Positions 43,861 through 57,500 of a stretch of DNA of 64,000 bases are shown piece by piece (position 1 is the stretch's first letter; every line of letters starts with the position of its first letter). Origin of the DNA: the human T2T-CHM13v2.0 reference genome, Homo sapiens; the NCBI RefSeq assembly GCF_009914755.1, contig NC_060940.1; one strand, given 5' to 3'. Both the position numbers and the translations under genes were made by a program. Below the pieces are notes generated by a model. The model was not told where the DNA came from, did not search any database, and saw nothing but the letters and a program-made list of their open reading frames with translations.

Positions 43861-45959
43861 AGGAGCGGTGGATCAAAGAGCACGGACACTCACGCCTCCA
43901 GCAATAAAAGACTGGCTCAGCTGAGCCTGTGTGTCCTTGGATGACGCAGAACACAGTGGCCCCATCAGTCCAGAGAACCCGGAGCTGCCATGCTGTCTCT
44001 TGCCGAGGCAGTGGCAGAGGTTCCTGGAGTTTTGAACTCCCCTCCCAGCACCCACTAGAAGCCCACCCTTCTGGGATTGCCAGCTGGAGGGAGCCTCATG
44101 CTGAGGTGGGCAGGGAAGGTGATCCTTCATCCTGGTCTGGGAATGATTTTGTGTGGTGAAAATAGAAGCAGCACTTTTATCCAAGGAGAGAGGCATAATC
44201 ACCAAATGCACATGAAATTGCTTAAACTCTGGGAGCCGACAGCCCCCTTGGTTTAATTACACAGCGGGGCCGTATTCTGCTGAAACCATTACATTTTAGA
44301 TCTTCTCTCTCACACACATCCAGGCGCGCACACACACACACACACACACCCTGCCCAGCCTCCGGGGGCAGCCAGCAGGACTTCCCATCCCCACCCTCCC
44401 TCCCTCTCTGAGATGGGAGTATATATTTAGCCTTTTGCAAGGTGAGGATATTTTTGAATTAGATATTTGTTCACATAGTCCAATATGCCTAAGTCCACAG
44501 GGATAGAGTGTAAGTTTCTTCCCCTCCTGTCCCTTCTGCATACTACCCAGCTACCCAGATACAACCAGCGCCATCAATCTCTTGCAAATCTTTCTGAAAA
44601 TCATTCCCACCACAAGCCCATCTATCCCTCCACAGCCCTTATTCCGGAAGGGATATGTGAATTTTTGTATCATCTGTTTGCAGTAAGTAGCCAACCACTT
44701 CTCTTCCCAGCAAACAAGCTGGCCTCCTTCAGGATAGCTCCCTGTTAGAAGTCAAATAAAGGGTTCGTCTCCAAGGAGGGCCCGTTCCAGGTAGCGGTAG
44801 CTCGAGCCACAGCCACTGTGCCCAGAGCTGGTTAACGAGCCGGCCTTGAGGTCCCCACCCTCCCCAGTTGCAGCCGTGAAAGGCCCCCTTTGTGACAGGG
44901 GAGGGCTCCAATGGGACACAATGCTCTCTTGTCGGAAAGGCCTCCTGGAGCTGTCCAGGAGCAGCTGAGAAGGAAGGGAGCAATTTTTTAGCCGTTCCCG
45001 CAGGCTGGTGGAATCTGTGGAGACTCACGTTTCCAGGCCCGAGCTGGCACGTGGGCTCCTTCCCCCGGCAGACCTGACCTCTGCCTCGAGAAGGCCAGGG
45101 TGCAGGGTACAGAGCCTCAATGTCACCCTTCTCCAAGACAGGCTAGCCCTGGGGTGGGGGCCATAGGGGAGCGGCACCGGGCTTCGGCCACCCCTCTTGG
45201 CCACCAGAGGAGCAAGGCTCCTGGGAGGGTATGATGGCCAGAATGAAACTCAAATCTGTAGTTCCAGGTGATTCCATTCTTCCTGTTATTCTAAAACTAA
45301 GTGCTTCACACGTTTGGGAAGTATTATTAAATACGGGTCTGTTGGATGGTCTGTGGTCAGAGCTAATTTCTTCCAGTTTGCAGAGTCTAGTTACCAGACC
45401 CCTCCAGAGGAGCTGTCAGAATTGTTTTGGCTGCAAATGCCACTTGCAAAGTTTCTGCTGGCTCTGAGGCCTGGGCCCTGTGGAAGAGACCTGTGCCTTC
45501 GCAGCATTTCTTTAGAATTCGCTCCAAGATCGCAGTTCCCTCCTGGTTGGAATTTGAATGTAAAATCCAAGGCAATTGCGTGATCGCTGAAAACCTAACG
45601 GAGTAATTATTTTCCTTCACTCCAGTGGGATGAAAGTTTGAGATTTTGTGTTGTCTTAGGGTTACCCCAAAGGCAAACCTATAATTGATTTTTTTGAAAA
45701 AATGATCTGGCATTTTAAACATTCTTTTCACATTTCTCCAAAGCATTTGACAGACACAAATTCTCCCAACGTTCCAGAGAAAAGAGATGGGGATTATGTT
45801 CTGCTCTGGATTAGAAGATGCATCGGCAAGAGTGGAATGAGGTTTCCATTTGTCAAAAGAGGAATTCAGGGTTGAGGCTAAGACTCCTGGGTGTGCGTCC
45901 TGCTCCCAGCTGTCAGCCCCAAGGTTGCCATGGGGACAGACAGTGACATCTGATCAAGA

Positions 45960-46180
45960 GAACAGAGTGTAGATAGAGCCAGAGGGCCTGTGTTCAAATC
46001 CTGACCCTCCCTGTTCTAGCCATGAAAACCTGAGCAAGTTGCCTGACCTTTGGAGGCCTTAGTTTCCTCATCTGTAAAATGGGTGTAACAATATCATAGT
46101 ATCTAACTGTATAATTAAAGAAGTTAATACTCAGAAGCGGGTTATAGGCCCTTGGTGCATAAAAAATGCTCAGTGTTGCT
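45960..46180 (+). mobile_element. MIR SINE
   Basis: gttcaaatcctgacc..gagcaagttgcctgacc..cttagtttcctcatctgtaaaatgggt. Confidence 0.82.
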
Positions 46181-46486
46181 GTGCTCATCCTCTCTTCCTG
46201 CCCTTCCTTCACCCATGGCAAGGTGCCGCTCTCTGGAGGGAGCTGTCCAACTGTGGGCTTGCCAGGTGGCTGAAAGGCCAGCAAAGGGCCGAGGCGCTGA
46301 CTTTTTGTCCCATTGATAAGCTCAGAAGTGGAGAATGACAAAAACCTTAAAGTGTCAGTCAGCACCTCAGAATAATCCTAAGTGGTGGTGCTACAAGGCT
46401 GGGCCCAACGTCAGATACAGGCAGAGCCTGGGCCTGCAGGGAAGAGGGACCCAGTCAGGGACAGTGTGATCTGACCTTGGCCCCTG

Positions 46487-46799
46487 CCATGGGCAGGTTT
46501 ATGCATCAGTGTGGCCAGGCTGTAGTGCCCAGAGATTCAAACACTCATCTAAATGTTGCTGCAAAGGTATGCAGTGGATGTGTTTAACCTCTACCATCAG
46601 CTGGCTTTAAGAGAAGCAGATTACCTGTGACAGCGAGGGTGGGCCTCATCCAATCAGGTGAAGGCCTTATGAACCAAATATGAGGTTTTCCTGGGATGGA
46701 GGAATTCTGCTTGAAGAACACAGCATCAGCTCCTGCCTGGGATTCCAGCCTGCTGGCCTGCCCTGTGGATTTCAGACTTACCAACCTCCACAGCCATGT

Positions 46800-46846
<47 letters not shown>

Positions 46847-46955
46847 TGTGTGCGCGTGGTGGGGGGTGTTCTGTTTGTGTGTGTATGCGTGTGTGTGTAT
46901 GCGTGTGTGTGTATGCGTGTGTTCTTTTTCTCTGGAAACCCTGATTGCTAATACC
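46487..46955 (+). mobile_element. MLT2 (ERVL) LTR containing a (TG)n microsatellite at ~46807-46921
   Basis: gggtgggcctcatccaatcaggtgaaggcctt..ccagcctgctggcctgccctgtggatttcagactt..ttctctggaaaccctga. Confidence 0.82.
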
Positions 46956-47274
46956 GCTCGTATGACTAAGCTGGTTGGGAGGTGTGAGGGGAGGGATGTC
47001 TTCTCATCAGTGCTGGAATGATAAGTTTCTATGCCACTTCTTGAGTGCTAGCTGGTTGCTGGGCAGAGTGCTAAGGGGTTCCACTGTCTCACTTAAGCCA
47101 ACCTGTCACCTCCTTTCATTTCTCAAAACTTCCAAATGAGACACTGCTGTATCACAGGATTCATGCATTTAAAATTATAAGGTTATTTCTAAATTACTTA
47201 ACCGAAGAGTTCAGCTGCTGATACTCCCACCAATAACAGATTTAATCCAGTGGGTGAAAAATGTTACTTCATTT

Positions 47275-47600
47275 TGTTTCTCCATTCATCTGTCAGTGGA
47301 TATTTGGGTTGCCACCACCTCTTGGCTGTTGTGAACAGTGCTGCTGTGAATATGAGTGTGCAAATATCTCTTTGAGATCCAGTTGCTGTTTTTTTTTTTG
47401 CTTCTTGTTTTTTTAAGCGATGGGTTAGCTCTATCGCCCAGGCTGGAATGAAGTGGTGTGATCATAGCTCACTACAGCAATGAACTCCTGGGCTCAAAAG
47501 ATCCTCACTCCTCCACCTCCTGAGTGGGTGAGACTACAGGTGCGAGCCACCAAGCTCAGCCCCATTTTCAGTTCCTTTAGATATATACCCAGAAGTAGGT
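47275..47600 (-). mobile_element. L1 fragment with an inserted Alu monomer (FRAM/FAM-like, ~47389-47561)
   Basis: ccattcatctgtcagtggatatttgggttgc..atatctctttgagatcc[monomer]ttttcagttcctttagatatatacccagaagt. Confidence 0.75.
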
Positions 47601-48559
47601 ATCTAGGGGATTAGTATTCACATTTCCTGAACAGTTCTAGTGAGACTGGACCTATTTCCATATCCTTATTGGCCAATTCACATTACTTTAGCATAACAGT
47701 TTAGCATGATATCATCGTGTCTGTGTCTGTCTAGCCATAATATCACACACTGCTTAGCTGCAGAGATGATGCCTGGTGCATTTAGCACATGGTCTGGCCC
47801 TTAGAATGTACTCTTATTTGCTGAATAAATGAATGACTGCTGAAAAAGTAAATGAATGAGTAGGTTAGAGCAGGTCCACTCCCTATTGCCATTGAGCCAC
47901 AAAGAGAACAGGACAGCGGGCGTGCTTGGTTTGGGATCTGGCAGGAGGCTTTGAAACACACAATGCAAGTAGGATATTGCCAAGGAAAGGCGGTGGTTTT
48001 GCCTTCCTATGGCTGGTAACCTCACACAGCCTGCTGGGCAACATACCACCCCAGAGCCAAGTCATGCTGGGGGCTGCCCCCAGGTCCCCAAAGGCCTTGA
48101 GCAGGCTACTCTGGGGGATTGTTTACATCCTATTTTGCAGAGGGCAGTTTGCCAGAGAGTTCCTGCAGCTTCTCAAACAGCAATAATTCATGGAGAAATG
48201 CTTGCTACAGTACCTAGCACCAAAGTGTATAGTCAATGCATTTCTCTTCGCCTATACGGGCAGAGAGTGGGCTATCATCTCAAAGGACAGAAAGCTGAAC
48301 CCTTGTCATGCTGGGGCAGTGGGCATCAGCTGGTGTAAAAACAAGCAGTGAAGCCAGCAATGTCCCATAACTGCTATCCTCAAGGAACCAGGCCACCATA
48401 AGATCTAGGGCTTTTCCAGGCAAAGACCCATCAGCCTTTCTCCAGCAATCTCCCGGTCAGTGGAAGAGCCAGGAGATGCTGAGCGTGGTCCCAGAAAGCC
48501 AGACCCCTCCTTTGCAGAGAATGTTAGCTATCACCCAGTTATCCATTTCCCCAATATCC

Positions 48560-49050
48560 ATTATTAGAATTTTCTGCCAGGCAAATGGCCATCTCCAATA
48601 AAGAATACATTTCCCAGACTCCCTTGCAGCTAGCTGTGGTCATAGGACCAAATACTGGCCAATAGGGTGTGAGTGGAAGAGGAAAAGACGGGTATAACTT
48701 CTGGGTCATGCCTTCAAGGGGAGGGATATACCAGGGGTGGCAGCCCAAACATTGAACAACCAATAGAGTACAGGCAGTTAGGATACACAGCACCAGGAGG
48801 AGGCTCTCAGCCATGACAACGTGCACCAACCTCACCATTAGTCGTGGACAGCCCTCCCCTCGGCCAGAAAGAGGACTTGGAGGTGAGCCATGCAGACGGG
48901 TACAGCAGCCTATGGTTGGCAGAGGAACCAGCAAGAGATTCCGGATCTCTGGCACAGGGGACTACCACTCAGCCCTGCACACGACACACCTGGAGTGCAG
49001 TGAATGAGCAAGACTTAATTTCCCTCTCATTCAGACCTGTGCTATTCTGG
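48560..49050 (+). mobile_element. MaLR LTR (MLT1J/I-like)
   Basis: tacatttcccagactcccttgcagctagctgtggtcataggacc..ctggccaatagg. Confidence 0.6.
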
Positions 49051-49215
49051 ATCTGCACTGCAGCAGCCAAACCCATACTCCACACACATCTCCTACTCTC
49101 CCCTCCCGTCTTCCTGCATTAGTTTTGCTTTCCAGGAAGAGAAAATGGAAGAATTTCCTACAACAACTTCTGTCATCTCAGTGCAGCTGCAGGGCATGGA
49201 ATGGCTACTGCTGGG

Positions 49216-49652
49216 TGTAGTGGGCTGAATGGTAGCCCTCACTACTCTTCACCAAGAAGAGATGGTCACATCCTAACCCCTGAGCCTGTGAATGAGGTCT
49301 TCTTTGCAAAAGGGGTCTTTGTAGATATTATCAGTTAGGCATCTCAACATGAGATCATCCTGTTTGGAGAGGTTCCTGAGTCCTATGACAGTGCCCTTAT
49401 AAGAGACAGAAGAGGAAGACACAGAGACAGAGATTGGAGTGAAGTTGCCCAAGCCCAGGAGTGCCTGGAGCCACCAGGAGCTGGCAGAGGCAGGAAGGAG
49501 CTGCCCCTGGAGCCTCCAGGGAAAACAGAGCCCTGCTGACAGCTTGATTTCAGGCTCTGGCCCCCAGGATTATGAGAAAATAACTTTCTGATGTTTTAAG
49601 TCACCAAGTTTGTGGTGGTGATTTTCTCTGGCAGCCTCAGGGCACTCCCACA
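49216..49652 (+). mobile_element. MaLR LTR (MLT1B/C/D-like)
   Basis: tgtagtgggctgaatggt..cccttataagagacagaagag..gcctggagccaccaggagctggcagaggcaggaagg..ttttaagtcaccaagtttgtgg. Confidence 0.85.
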
Positions 49653-52019
49653 CCAGGGTGACTATTTTTCTCTGCCATCTCGGAAATTTTTGTCTCCTTC
49701 CTGCAGAAGAGAGTGTGGCTCTATCTGAAAATCATGGACGAGTAGTCCAGGGTAGTTGCTTGGAGGTCCCACAGTCCTCAGACCTCCTGGGTTCTGATTG
49801 CATCTACCCCATGAGGTTCAACCCTGAGAACACCAGCCTCACCCCACCCAGCCACACCCACCCAGCCTCACCTCGCTCCTCTCAGCCTTCCCTTCTGAAG
49901 GATTCCCATTGCAGATGCAGGCAGGGATTCCTCTACTTGTGGGTCCCGTGAAACTCCACAACCTGTTTCAGAGATCTTGACTCCTGCTATAGAAAGGGCA
50001 GGTGGTCATCATGCAGGACTTTCTCATCAAGACATCAGGGCTATTGGGATGACACAGACTCAAACAGCCTGTTTTGGAAATCAAAAGCTTTCTCTCTGCA
50101 TTCCAACCATAACATCATAATCCTTCCTGGGGTGAACTCCTGTCTCTCAAAGAAATGCAAAAGGAGTCAGACATTCAAGCGTATGTTAGTTACCAAGCAC
50201 GTACAGCTGCTGTAGGAGAGACTTGACCACAGTGGCTTAAAAAAATAGGGCCCTAGTGTCCCATGCACACATGCTCACCAGAGGCCCTAGAGAGATGGTT
50301 CAGGGATGCTGTGGAAGCTCCGTGGAGGCCCTTGAATGGGGCTCTTCATTCCTCTGCCCTGCTGCTGTCCTGTTCTTGCAGGCTGAGGCCGGGGCAGAAC
50401 CCACTTCCCTCTCATGGGGTGTCCTGCTTGGATGGCCTTGCCTTTGTGGGGTGACTTCATGCCTGTTGCCTCATTTCTGGAGCCTCTGTCTAAACCTCCA
50501 GATGGCGAGACCCTGGGCATCCAGCATCCTGGTCTCACGGCTATTGACTCCTAACAAAAAGAGTAACTGTTCCCTTGGAATTTCCTTAAGTCTTCCCAGC
50601 CCTCAGACCAGGCTGCAGCCTGGGACTCAGGAGTCAGGGGTGCCTGGCTCTCAATTCACCTGTTGCTGCGTGACCTGGGCCAGGTGACTTGGCCTCTTCT
50701 TACATCAAAATGGGGCAACTGTCTTGTTCCCATCGAGGGTTAAACATGATGTGCCGGGCACTCCACACGTGGATATAAATGTCAGAGGCTGAGGTCAGGG
50801 CCCAAGCCCCCCGTGTCTCCAACAGCACTGTGTGCTCGGTCCACGAGGATGCAGACCCAGGAGTTGGGAACCAGCACTCCGCTAAGTGCTGGGGAGGCAA
50901 CGACCTCCAGGAACAAGAGAGAATATTCCCTGCCCGCGGGACCCTGACAAAAGCAGGATAACTTCAGACAGTGACAAGTAAGGTAGCACGCACAGAGCAA
51001 ACTGGGGAGGAGTGAGTTGGGGGAGGGTGCCCTGGTGTGGGGATGGCCCCTCTGAGGAGGTGGCCCTTGAACTGAGACCCAGGAAGATAGAAAGGGGAAA
51101 CGGAGCCGGCCAAGGACAGGTGAAGGTGAAGCCAAGGGTGAGTTCCGTGGGGCGCCCCCTTTCCACGCAGCTAAGCCCCCTTCCTCCTTCAGCTGGATGG
51201 TGGAGCTCTGGGGTTCTAGTCCTGTTGTCCTACAGTGGGAAAGTGACTTTAACCTCTCTGTGCCTCAGTTTCCCCTGTCGAATGGGGATGATGATAATAG
51301 TCTGGCATCCAAGTAGATGAGCACAGAGAATACTGAGAACAATGTTCCCAAATGCTGCAGGTGTGCTGGGAACACTGGGGAATTTCAAAGGCATGAGTGC
51401 TGTTTGCTTGACACAGAAGGGTTGCAGTTTCTGGCTGGCGTGTCCTGAGACTCAGAGACAGATGGGCTCTCAGGAGTGGAATCCTTTTCCGAAGGGTCGA
51501 GGCTCCTGCCTGTAGCAAAGCTGCCCCCAAACCCAGATTGCACCATGAGCCAGTAAGCAGGGAGCCAGCACTGTGGCCCAGGAACTCGCTCCTGGGTGTG
51601 CATTTCTCGGAAAGGCTTCTATTCCCATCCCTCAAAGTAAGCAAAACCCCAAACCCCACAGATGCACACCACACACATCACTGTCTGCAAGCCCAGCCCT
51701 GTTTCCACGCTGGTGGGGATGGTTGATCATTTAAGTGCATTGAACCCTTTCTGTTTGTTTCATGAAAAAATAATTTCTGTTTGCTTTAGTCACATTGTTT
51801 GTTGTTTAAAAGAATAAAATAATTAAAATAAGAGGAACCCTATGTAGTCTTAGATTTTTTTCTGTTTGCCAGCACATAAAAATGTGTGGGTGATATCTAT
51901 CATTTTTTTTAACCAACACAATTTAATGAGTTGTAACGTTGTCCATCGAGTTGTCATGCTTTATCTTTTATTTAACAAATACACATGCATATCTATATAT
52001 GCAAATTAGATGTCTAAAT

Positions 52020-52310
52020 CTATATTCGTTTTCTGTGGCAACCATAACAAATGACCACCAGCTGGATGGCCTCCAACAGCAGAAACATTTTCTTGCCCAG
52101 TTCTGGAGGCCAGAAGTCCGAAAGGTGATGAAGGGCCAGTTCCTTCTGGAGACTCTGACGGAGGGTGTGTTCCAGGTTCTTCCCACTCCCAGGGTTGCCA
52201 GCATCCTTGGCATTCCCCGGCTTCTAAAGGCATTTCTCCAATGTCTGCCTCCACCATCACTTGGCCTTCTGTTTGTGCCTCCCTCCGTGCCCTTTCTCTG
52301 TGCCCATCTC
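52020..52310 (-). mobile_element. MaLR LTR fragment (MLT1B/C-like)
   Basis: cataacaaatgaccacc..cagttctggaggccagaagtccgaaa..gcatccttggcattcc. Confidence 0.75.
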
Positions 52311-53619
52311 TACCATTTTCTAAATTATTTTCTTTGCCCATCTTTGTCTAAGCTGGATAAAAAGCCAGGACAACAGGCATGTTTTCTTTCCTAGAATGTA
52401 TGGTCACCCAAGCTCTGCTGTCCCCCTGGGTTTCAGTTATTTATCACTAGCCAGCAGCTCTGGCATATTCATGGCAGCTGGTACTCGGCCTTCTAATTGG
52501 ACCCTTCCCTCTTCCACCTGTTTTTGGGGACTACACTTTGCAAAGGAGAGTGGCAACCATCCATGTGGCAAGCCCCAAGCCCCCTTTCCTGACTACTTAA
52601 CTTTGAGGATGTAAACACAGAGGTCAGGTGACTCGGGGGAGTCGTGGTCACTTGGCGAGGGGGCTTGGATTTGAACCTGGGCATTTACCTTCAGAATCTG
52701 AGTTTGTATCTATGGTGCTCTAGTGCCTCTACCCTAGTTCTAAATGCCCTGTGTTTAGAATGTGTTCAGGCTGCTCTGATCAGATTAAGAGCACTGCTGA
52801 ACACACTTTTCCTTCAATGCTTTTCACTGCTGTAGGGCTCTTACCTACTCCCCTGGAGAGGACCACCTAGGTTGTCTCCAGTGCTAGGCTTCCCAAACCC
52901 CATGCTGATGAGTATCCTCATACACAGGACCTCCAGGGAAACACCCCAGGTGCACAGGCTCAGAGCAGCAGGTTGCAGGATATTCCTATAATTAACTTCT
53001 CCAAGCACAAAGTGTGCTCCTTCTGTGAATTCCTGAAGCCGTGCAGGCTCCTACTTCTAAGCTACACAACGGCAAACCAAAAGGTGCTTCGAGGAGCTGT
53101 CATCGTGAAGTGACCGGCTGATGGGACTGTGTACTGGAAAGGAATCTGCAAACGGTTTCATGCTGGACAAATGTGTGGGCCACTCACATTGTTGCTGAAC
53201 AGCAGGATCTGTCTTTAGGGTGAAGTGTGGGCAATTTCCATTGAGGGGATGTACCTGCCACCGTCTGGTTTGTGGAGGAGAGAGTGCCCCTGGAATCCAA
53301 CCCACAGGCAGGAGCCTAGGACCAAAATCAAGCAAGCTCTTCTGGCCTGTTAGTATGCAGGTCGAGGGAGGGGCCTTGATTCACAATGGCTCAGTGCTCT
53401 CACCACCGGGCCCTAATGCACAGGCTGAGGCAAGGGCAGCAGGGCTCGGATTCTTAAATCCTTGTGGACTCTGAGCACACAATCCACTCTCCACAAGCAA
53501 GCATAGCGGACTTCCTCAGGTAGAAAGCAGCCGAGCAATTTACTCCTTGGCACACAGCTCCAAAGATGATCCCCAACAATGCTACCCCTACCCCCAGCAT
53601 ATGCCACCCATTCCTGCCC

Positions 53620-54050
53620 AAGATGGAAAAATTACTAGGCTGGCCTGTAAATGCTCCGGTCAATACAGTGACAGTCTGGGACATCTGAATCCTGGTCTTA
53701 AGAAGGCTGAACGCTTCTAATTCCCTCCTCTTGGAATCCAGCCTCTGTATTGTTAGAAGCCTGAGCCACAGGGCAAGGATACAGAGAGGTGAGCTGAGGA
53801 GCTCTGGACAGAAGTCCAGTGGAGCTCCCAACAGCAGCCAGCACCACTGATGGCCACGTGAGCAAGAAACCTTGCACGTTCAGCCCAGTTGAGCCTCTGA
53901 ATGACTGCAGCCCCAGTACCATCACATGGAACAGAAGAACTGCCCAACTGAGCCCATCCCATGCACCAAATCCTGAGAAAGAAGAAAATGGTAATTGTTT
54001 CAAGGACTCAATTTGAGGGTGGTCTGTTATACGTTAAGAGATACCTGAAA
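53620..54050 (+). mobile_element. MaLR LTR (MLT1H-like)
   Basis: cagcccagttgagcctctgaatgactgcagcccca..gaagaactgcccaactgagccca..ttgagggtggtctgttat..cctgaaaca. Confidence 0.7.
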
Positions 54051-54059
54051 CAACCTCCA

Positions 54060-54510
54060 ACAGAAATGCATGCAGAAGGTAGCCAAGAGACATATACCAG
54101 TCTCCAGCTGGAAATAACTATGCGTCCCTCAACAGTAGAAGGAATAAATAGCCTATGTCCCATCAACAGTAGAATACTCTATGGTGGTGAAAATGAACAA
54201 ACGATGGCTTCCATGCAGCAATCTGGGTGATGCTCATAAACACAGCCCAGAGTGAAAGAAGCCAAGCCCATTCTGTATGATTCCGTTTGTACCACGTTCA
54301 GAATTAGGCAGGACTATCTCTGTGGCTGCAAGTCAGGAGACGGGTGACCTGTGAGTGGCGGTAACAGGAGGGGGCTTCTGGAGGATGGAGATGATGTGTC
54401 TGGATGTGCACACTGCTCAGAGAATGTGTTTCCTTTGAGAAAGCTCATCGAGCCAATTGGTGGACGTCTCTGTGTGTATGTGATGTTTCAATAAAAAGTT
54501 TACCTTAAAA
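54060..54510 (+). mobile_element. L1MC/ME 3' terminus
   Basis: gagtgaaagaagccaag..ctgtatgattccgttt..aagtcaggaga..ttcaataaaaagttt. Confidence 0.7.
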
Positions 54511-57500
54511 TGTAAATCCGATGTTTTCTGGTTATCTACGACTGCATAACAAATCATGCCAAAATGCAGTGGCTTTAAACAGCAGTCTTTCATTACTTCT
54601 TGCAGTTCCTGTAGGTCAGAAATTCGAGAGGAGCAGGGCTGGGCGGCTGTGGCTCAGGATCTCTCATGCGCTCAGTCCTCATGGAGGGCTAGGTTGGGGT
54701 CAGTTGTGCCAAACTGGGTAAACCACTCACCCTCTCTGGTCTTCAGTTTCTCACTGTCAATTGAGAGAAGGAGACAAGACCATATCAAGTTTTTTTGTGG
54801 CTTTAAATGCCAGGATTCCCTTCTCTTCTTCTCGGTGTTCGTGGAGTTCTTTTGTAATTAATCCTTTTGACCAAGGAACTCTGCAGAGCTTCCTGCCTCA
54901 CGCCACAACCCACACTGGCCCCTGTGAGGTCACGACAGGTGATTTTAATTTGTTTTATTACAGAAAAAATAAAATATATGAAAGTAAAGACAATAGGATA
55001 ACCAACCCCTATCTGCCCAGTACTCAGCAACAACCATTTATCAGCTTCTGTCCAGTCCTGTTCCACCTCCGTCCCTTCCCATGGCCTCTTGCCTTGGTTT
55101 TTCAGATGTAAATCCCATCTACATGTATTTCACTTGGTATCTTCGGAAGACACGGGCAGAGCTGGTTTTGACAGTGATGCAATTGCTGGCAAATCCGTTT
55201 GCATCCAACATTGTCTTGAAATTTGGGTCACCTCTTCACAAATCCTGTTTGGAAAAGTGCTCTTATGAGGAACAGATGCTCCAGATGAGTCACAAGCCCT
55301 AAAACACACATACAAACAGACACGCCCGTCCTTTCTTTTGTTTGGAAAGCAATTGTTAGAACTTCAAGAGTGATTCTAGGGTGCTTTGCAGTCAACTGGT
55401 TACCACAAATGGGATGTGTATAACTTTAATGATTTCATTTAACACTGCCCAGTCCAGGCCTCAATCCCCTGCACTACTGTCAATGCTCCTTCATCCTGCA
55501 CACGTGCTCTGCATCTCATGTTCTACGTCAGTGGTGGCAATGAGCACATGCCAGGTGTCCTGCAAACTTGGGCTCTGGAACCAAATGCCTGTGTGAGACC
55601 TGGCTCCACCACTCACTAATGTGTGCCCTTGGGTGAGTCAGAACCTCTCCTTCCCTCCATGTCCACATCTGAAGCATCCTTCATTATACTGCTTCGGGGA
55701 TTGAGTGAGATCATAGACTCAGCACTCTGCGTGGTGCCTGGCACGCAGGGAGTGCCTCATAAACATCGGGCACTGCCTTCCAAACTGAGCAAGGGTTCCC
55801 CATGGCCAGCTGCTGGCTGGCCGTGCCCAGTGTCTGTCTCTCTATAGGTCAGCTATAAGCGTCTGTGTTAAATCCAAAGAACAAGCCCAAGTATGATCCC
55901 CAAAGGGAAAAGATTGCCTGAGCGAGCCTAATCCTCCTGCATCTTCCGTTATTGCCTCCACTGCTTGATTAAGCCTGACACAAGGAAAGCATTCAATCTC
56001 ACTTTTGGAGGCGAAGAAGCACAGAGAAAACCTTTCTCACAGCAAGAACTGAGTTTGTGTAAGAACTGCAATTTTGAGGTCCTGAAGGACACAATCGGGG
56101 TATTGTACTTGCGGCTTCTCGTCACAGCAGCCAGCTCGCCGGACAGTAAACAAGCTTCCAATGAAATAAAGGCTTTGCATGGCAGATTCTCTTGCTGTGA
56201 CTAATAGATCATGTACTTCCAAGAGTATATGTCACATTTGTCATCTCAGATGGGGGACCCTCCCAGCCACAAAACAACCTGAACAGTAGCAAGGAAGCCA
56301 GTTCCAGGCAGTGATGCCTGTTTCGGACATGGCCCCCTCTTGGTCTGAGCTGGAGCTTTTAGACACACCTGAGGGTAAGGAAGATGAGTGGAGCCACCCA
56401 GCAGTCTGTCCAGCCCTTGGCTGCCTGTAGCCTATCTTCCCTCCTTGGAGTTCCCGGGGAATAAAGGATGCAACCCAATGAAACGTTACATCTTGCAGCA
56501 TTGTTTAATAGAAACTCTAAGTTAAATGGTGGATCTACATAATTAAACTTGTTGCATTTCCCCTGAACCGCTGCCTTAGCCATGGGTGCCAGGGTCACTA
56601 GAACAAATCCCACACAGATCCCTAATCACCTATCAATGAGCACAAATGATGCAGAGAGGTAATACGTGTGGTATCACTCACTAGCTGTGTGTCCCTGGGT
56701 AGTTACTCAACCTCTCTGAACCTCAATTCCCTCACTTGGAAAATGGGGATAATACCACCTGCCTTGGAGAGGTGTGATGATTAAATGCTTGTGAAGCAAC
56801 TGGTGTGTGCTTCATGAAGGTGACAGTGGTGGTGATGAAGGTGACACTGCAGAGACAAAATGATTAAACTAAAAAGGATGGCACCATCAAATGCTACAGG
56901 CAGAAGACCTGGTCTCCAGAGGGTTAACAAAGAATCCCCATTTCCCAGAAGAAGAAACAGAGGGCCAGAGATGGAGCAGGACGTGGCCACGGTCACACAG
57001 CACTGCCACCCAGTGCCTCCCTCTCAGAGTGGCAGGAAACTCCAGGAAGGGCCATGAGCATCCCTCTCCTTGCCAGGATGAAATTCAGAAAGCTGCCCAG
57101 GACTTGCTGCTGACTCTGTATTCCAATGGATATGAGGAGGCTGCCCTAAGAAGATAGTGTCAGGGGACTTGCTGGGTGTGTGTGTGTCTGTGTGTTTGTG
57201 TGTGTCCACAGGATGTGTCTGCAGACTCTGTTCTTGTCCCAGCACAGCCTGCATCTATCTGGCAGGAGCTCCCAGAATCTCTAAGCAGGACATACATAGG
57301 GAAGGGATGGAAGGTCTGGTGTCTTGCTCAGCTTGGAAGCCAAGAAAGTTGGGCCTTGGCCAGTGGGGGTGGGGGACATGGCCACTTTCCTCTAGGACAC
57401 AACTGCCCTGCCTGGGGGGCCCATTAACCTTATAATTAATCTGCCCCCTTGGAGGCCTTGGGCAAACATTTAGATTGGGGACGACCTCATCTGGTTTGCC

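Noticed and set aside
45185-45216. CTCF site (tggccaccagaggagc and its reverse overlap)
   Set aside because: Both orientations miss the conserved GGC at the 3' part of the core.
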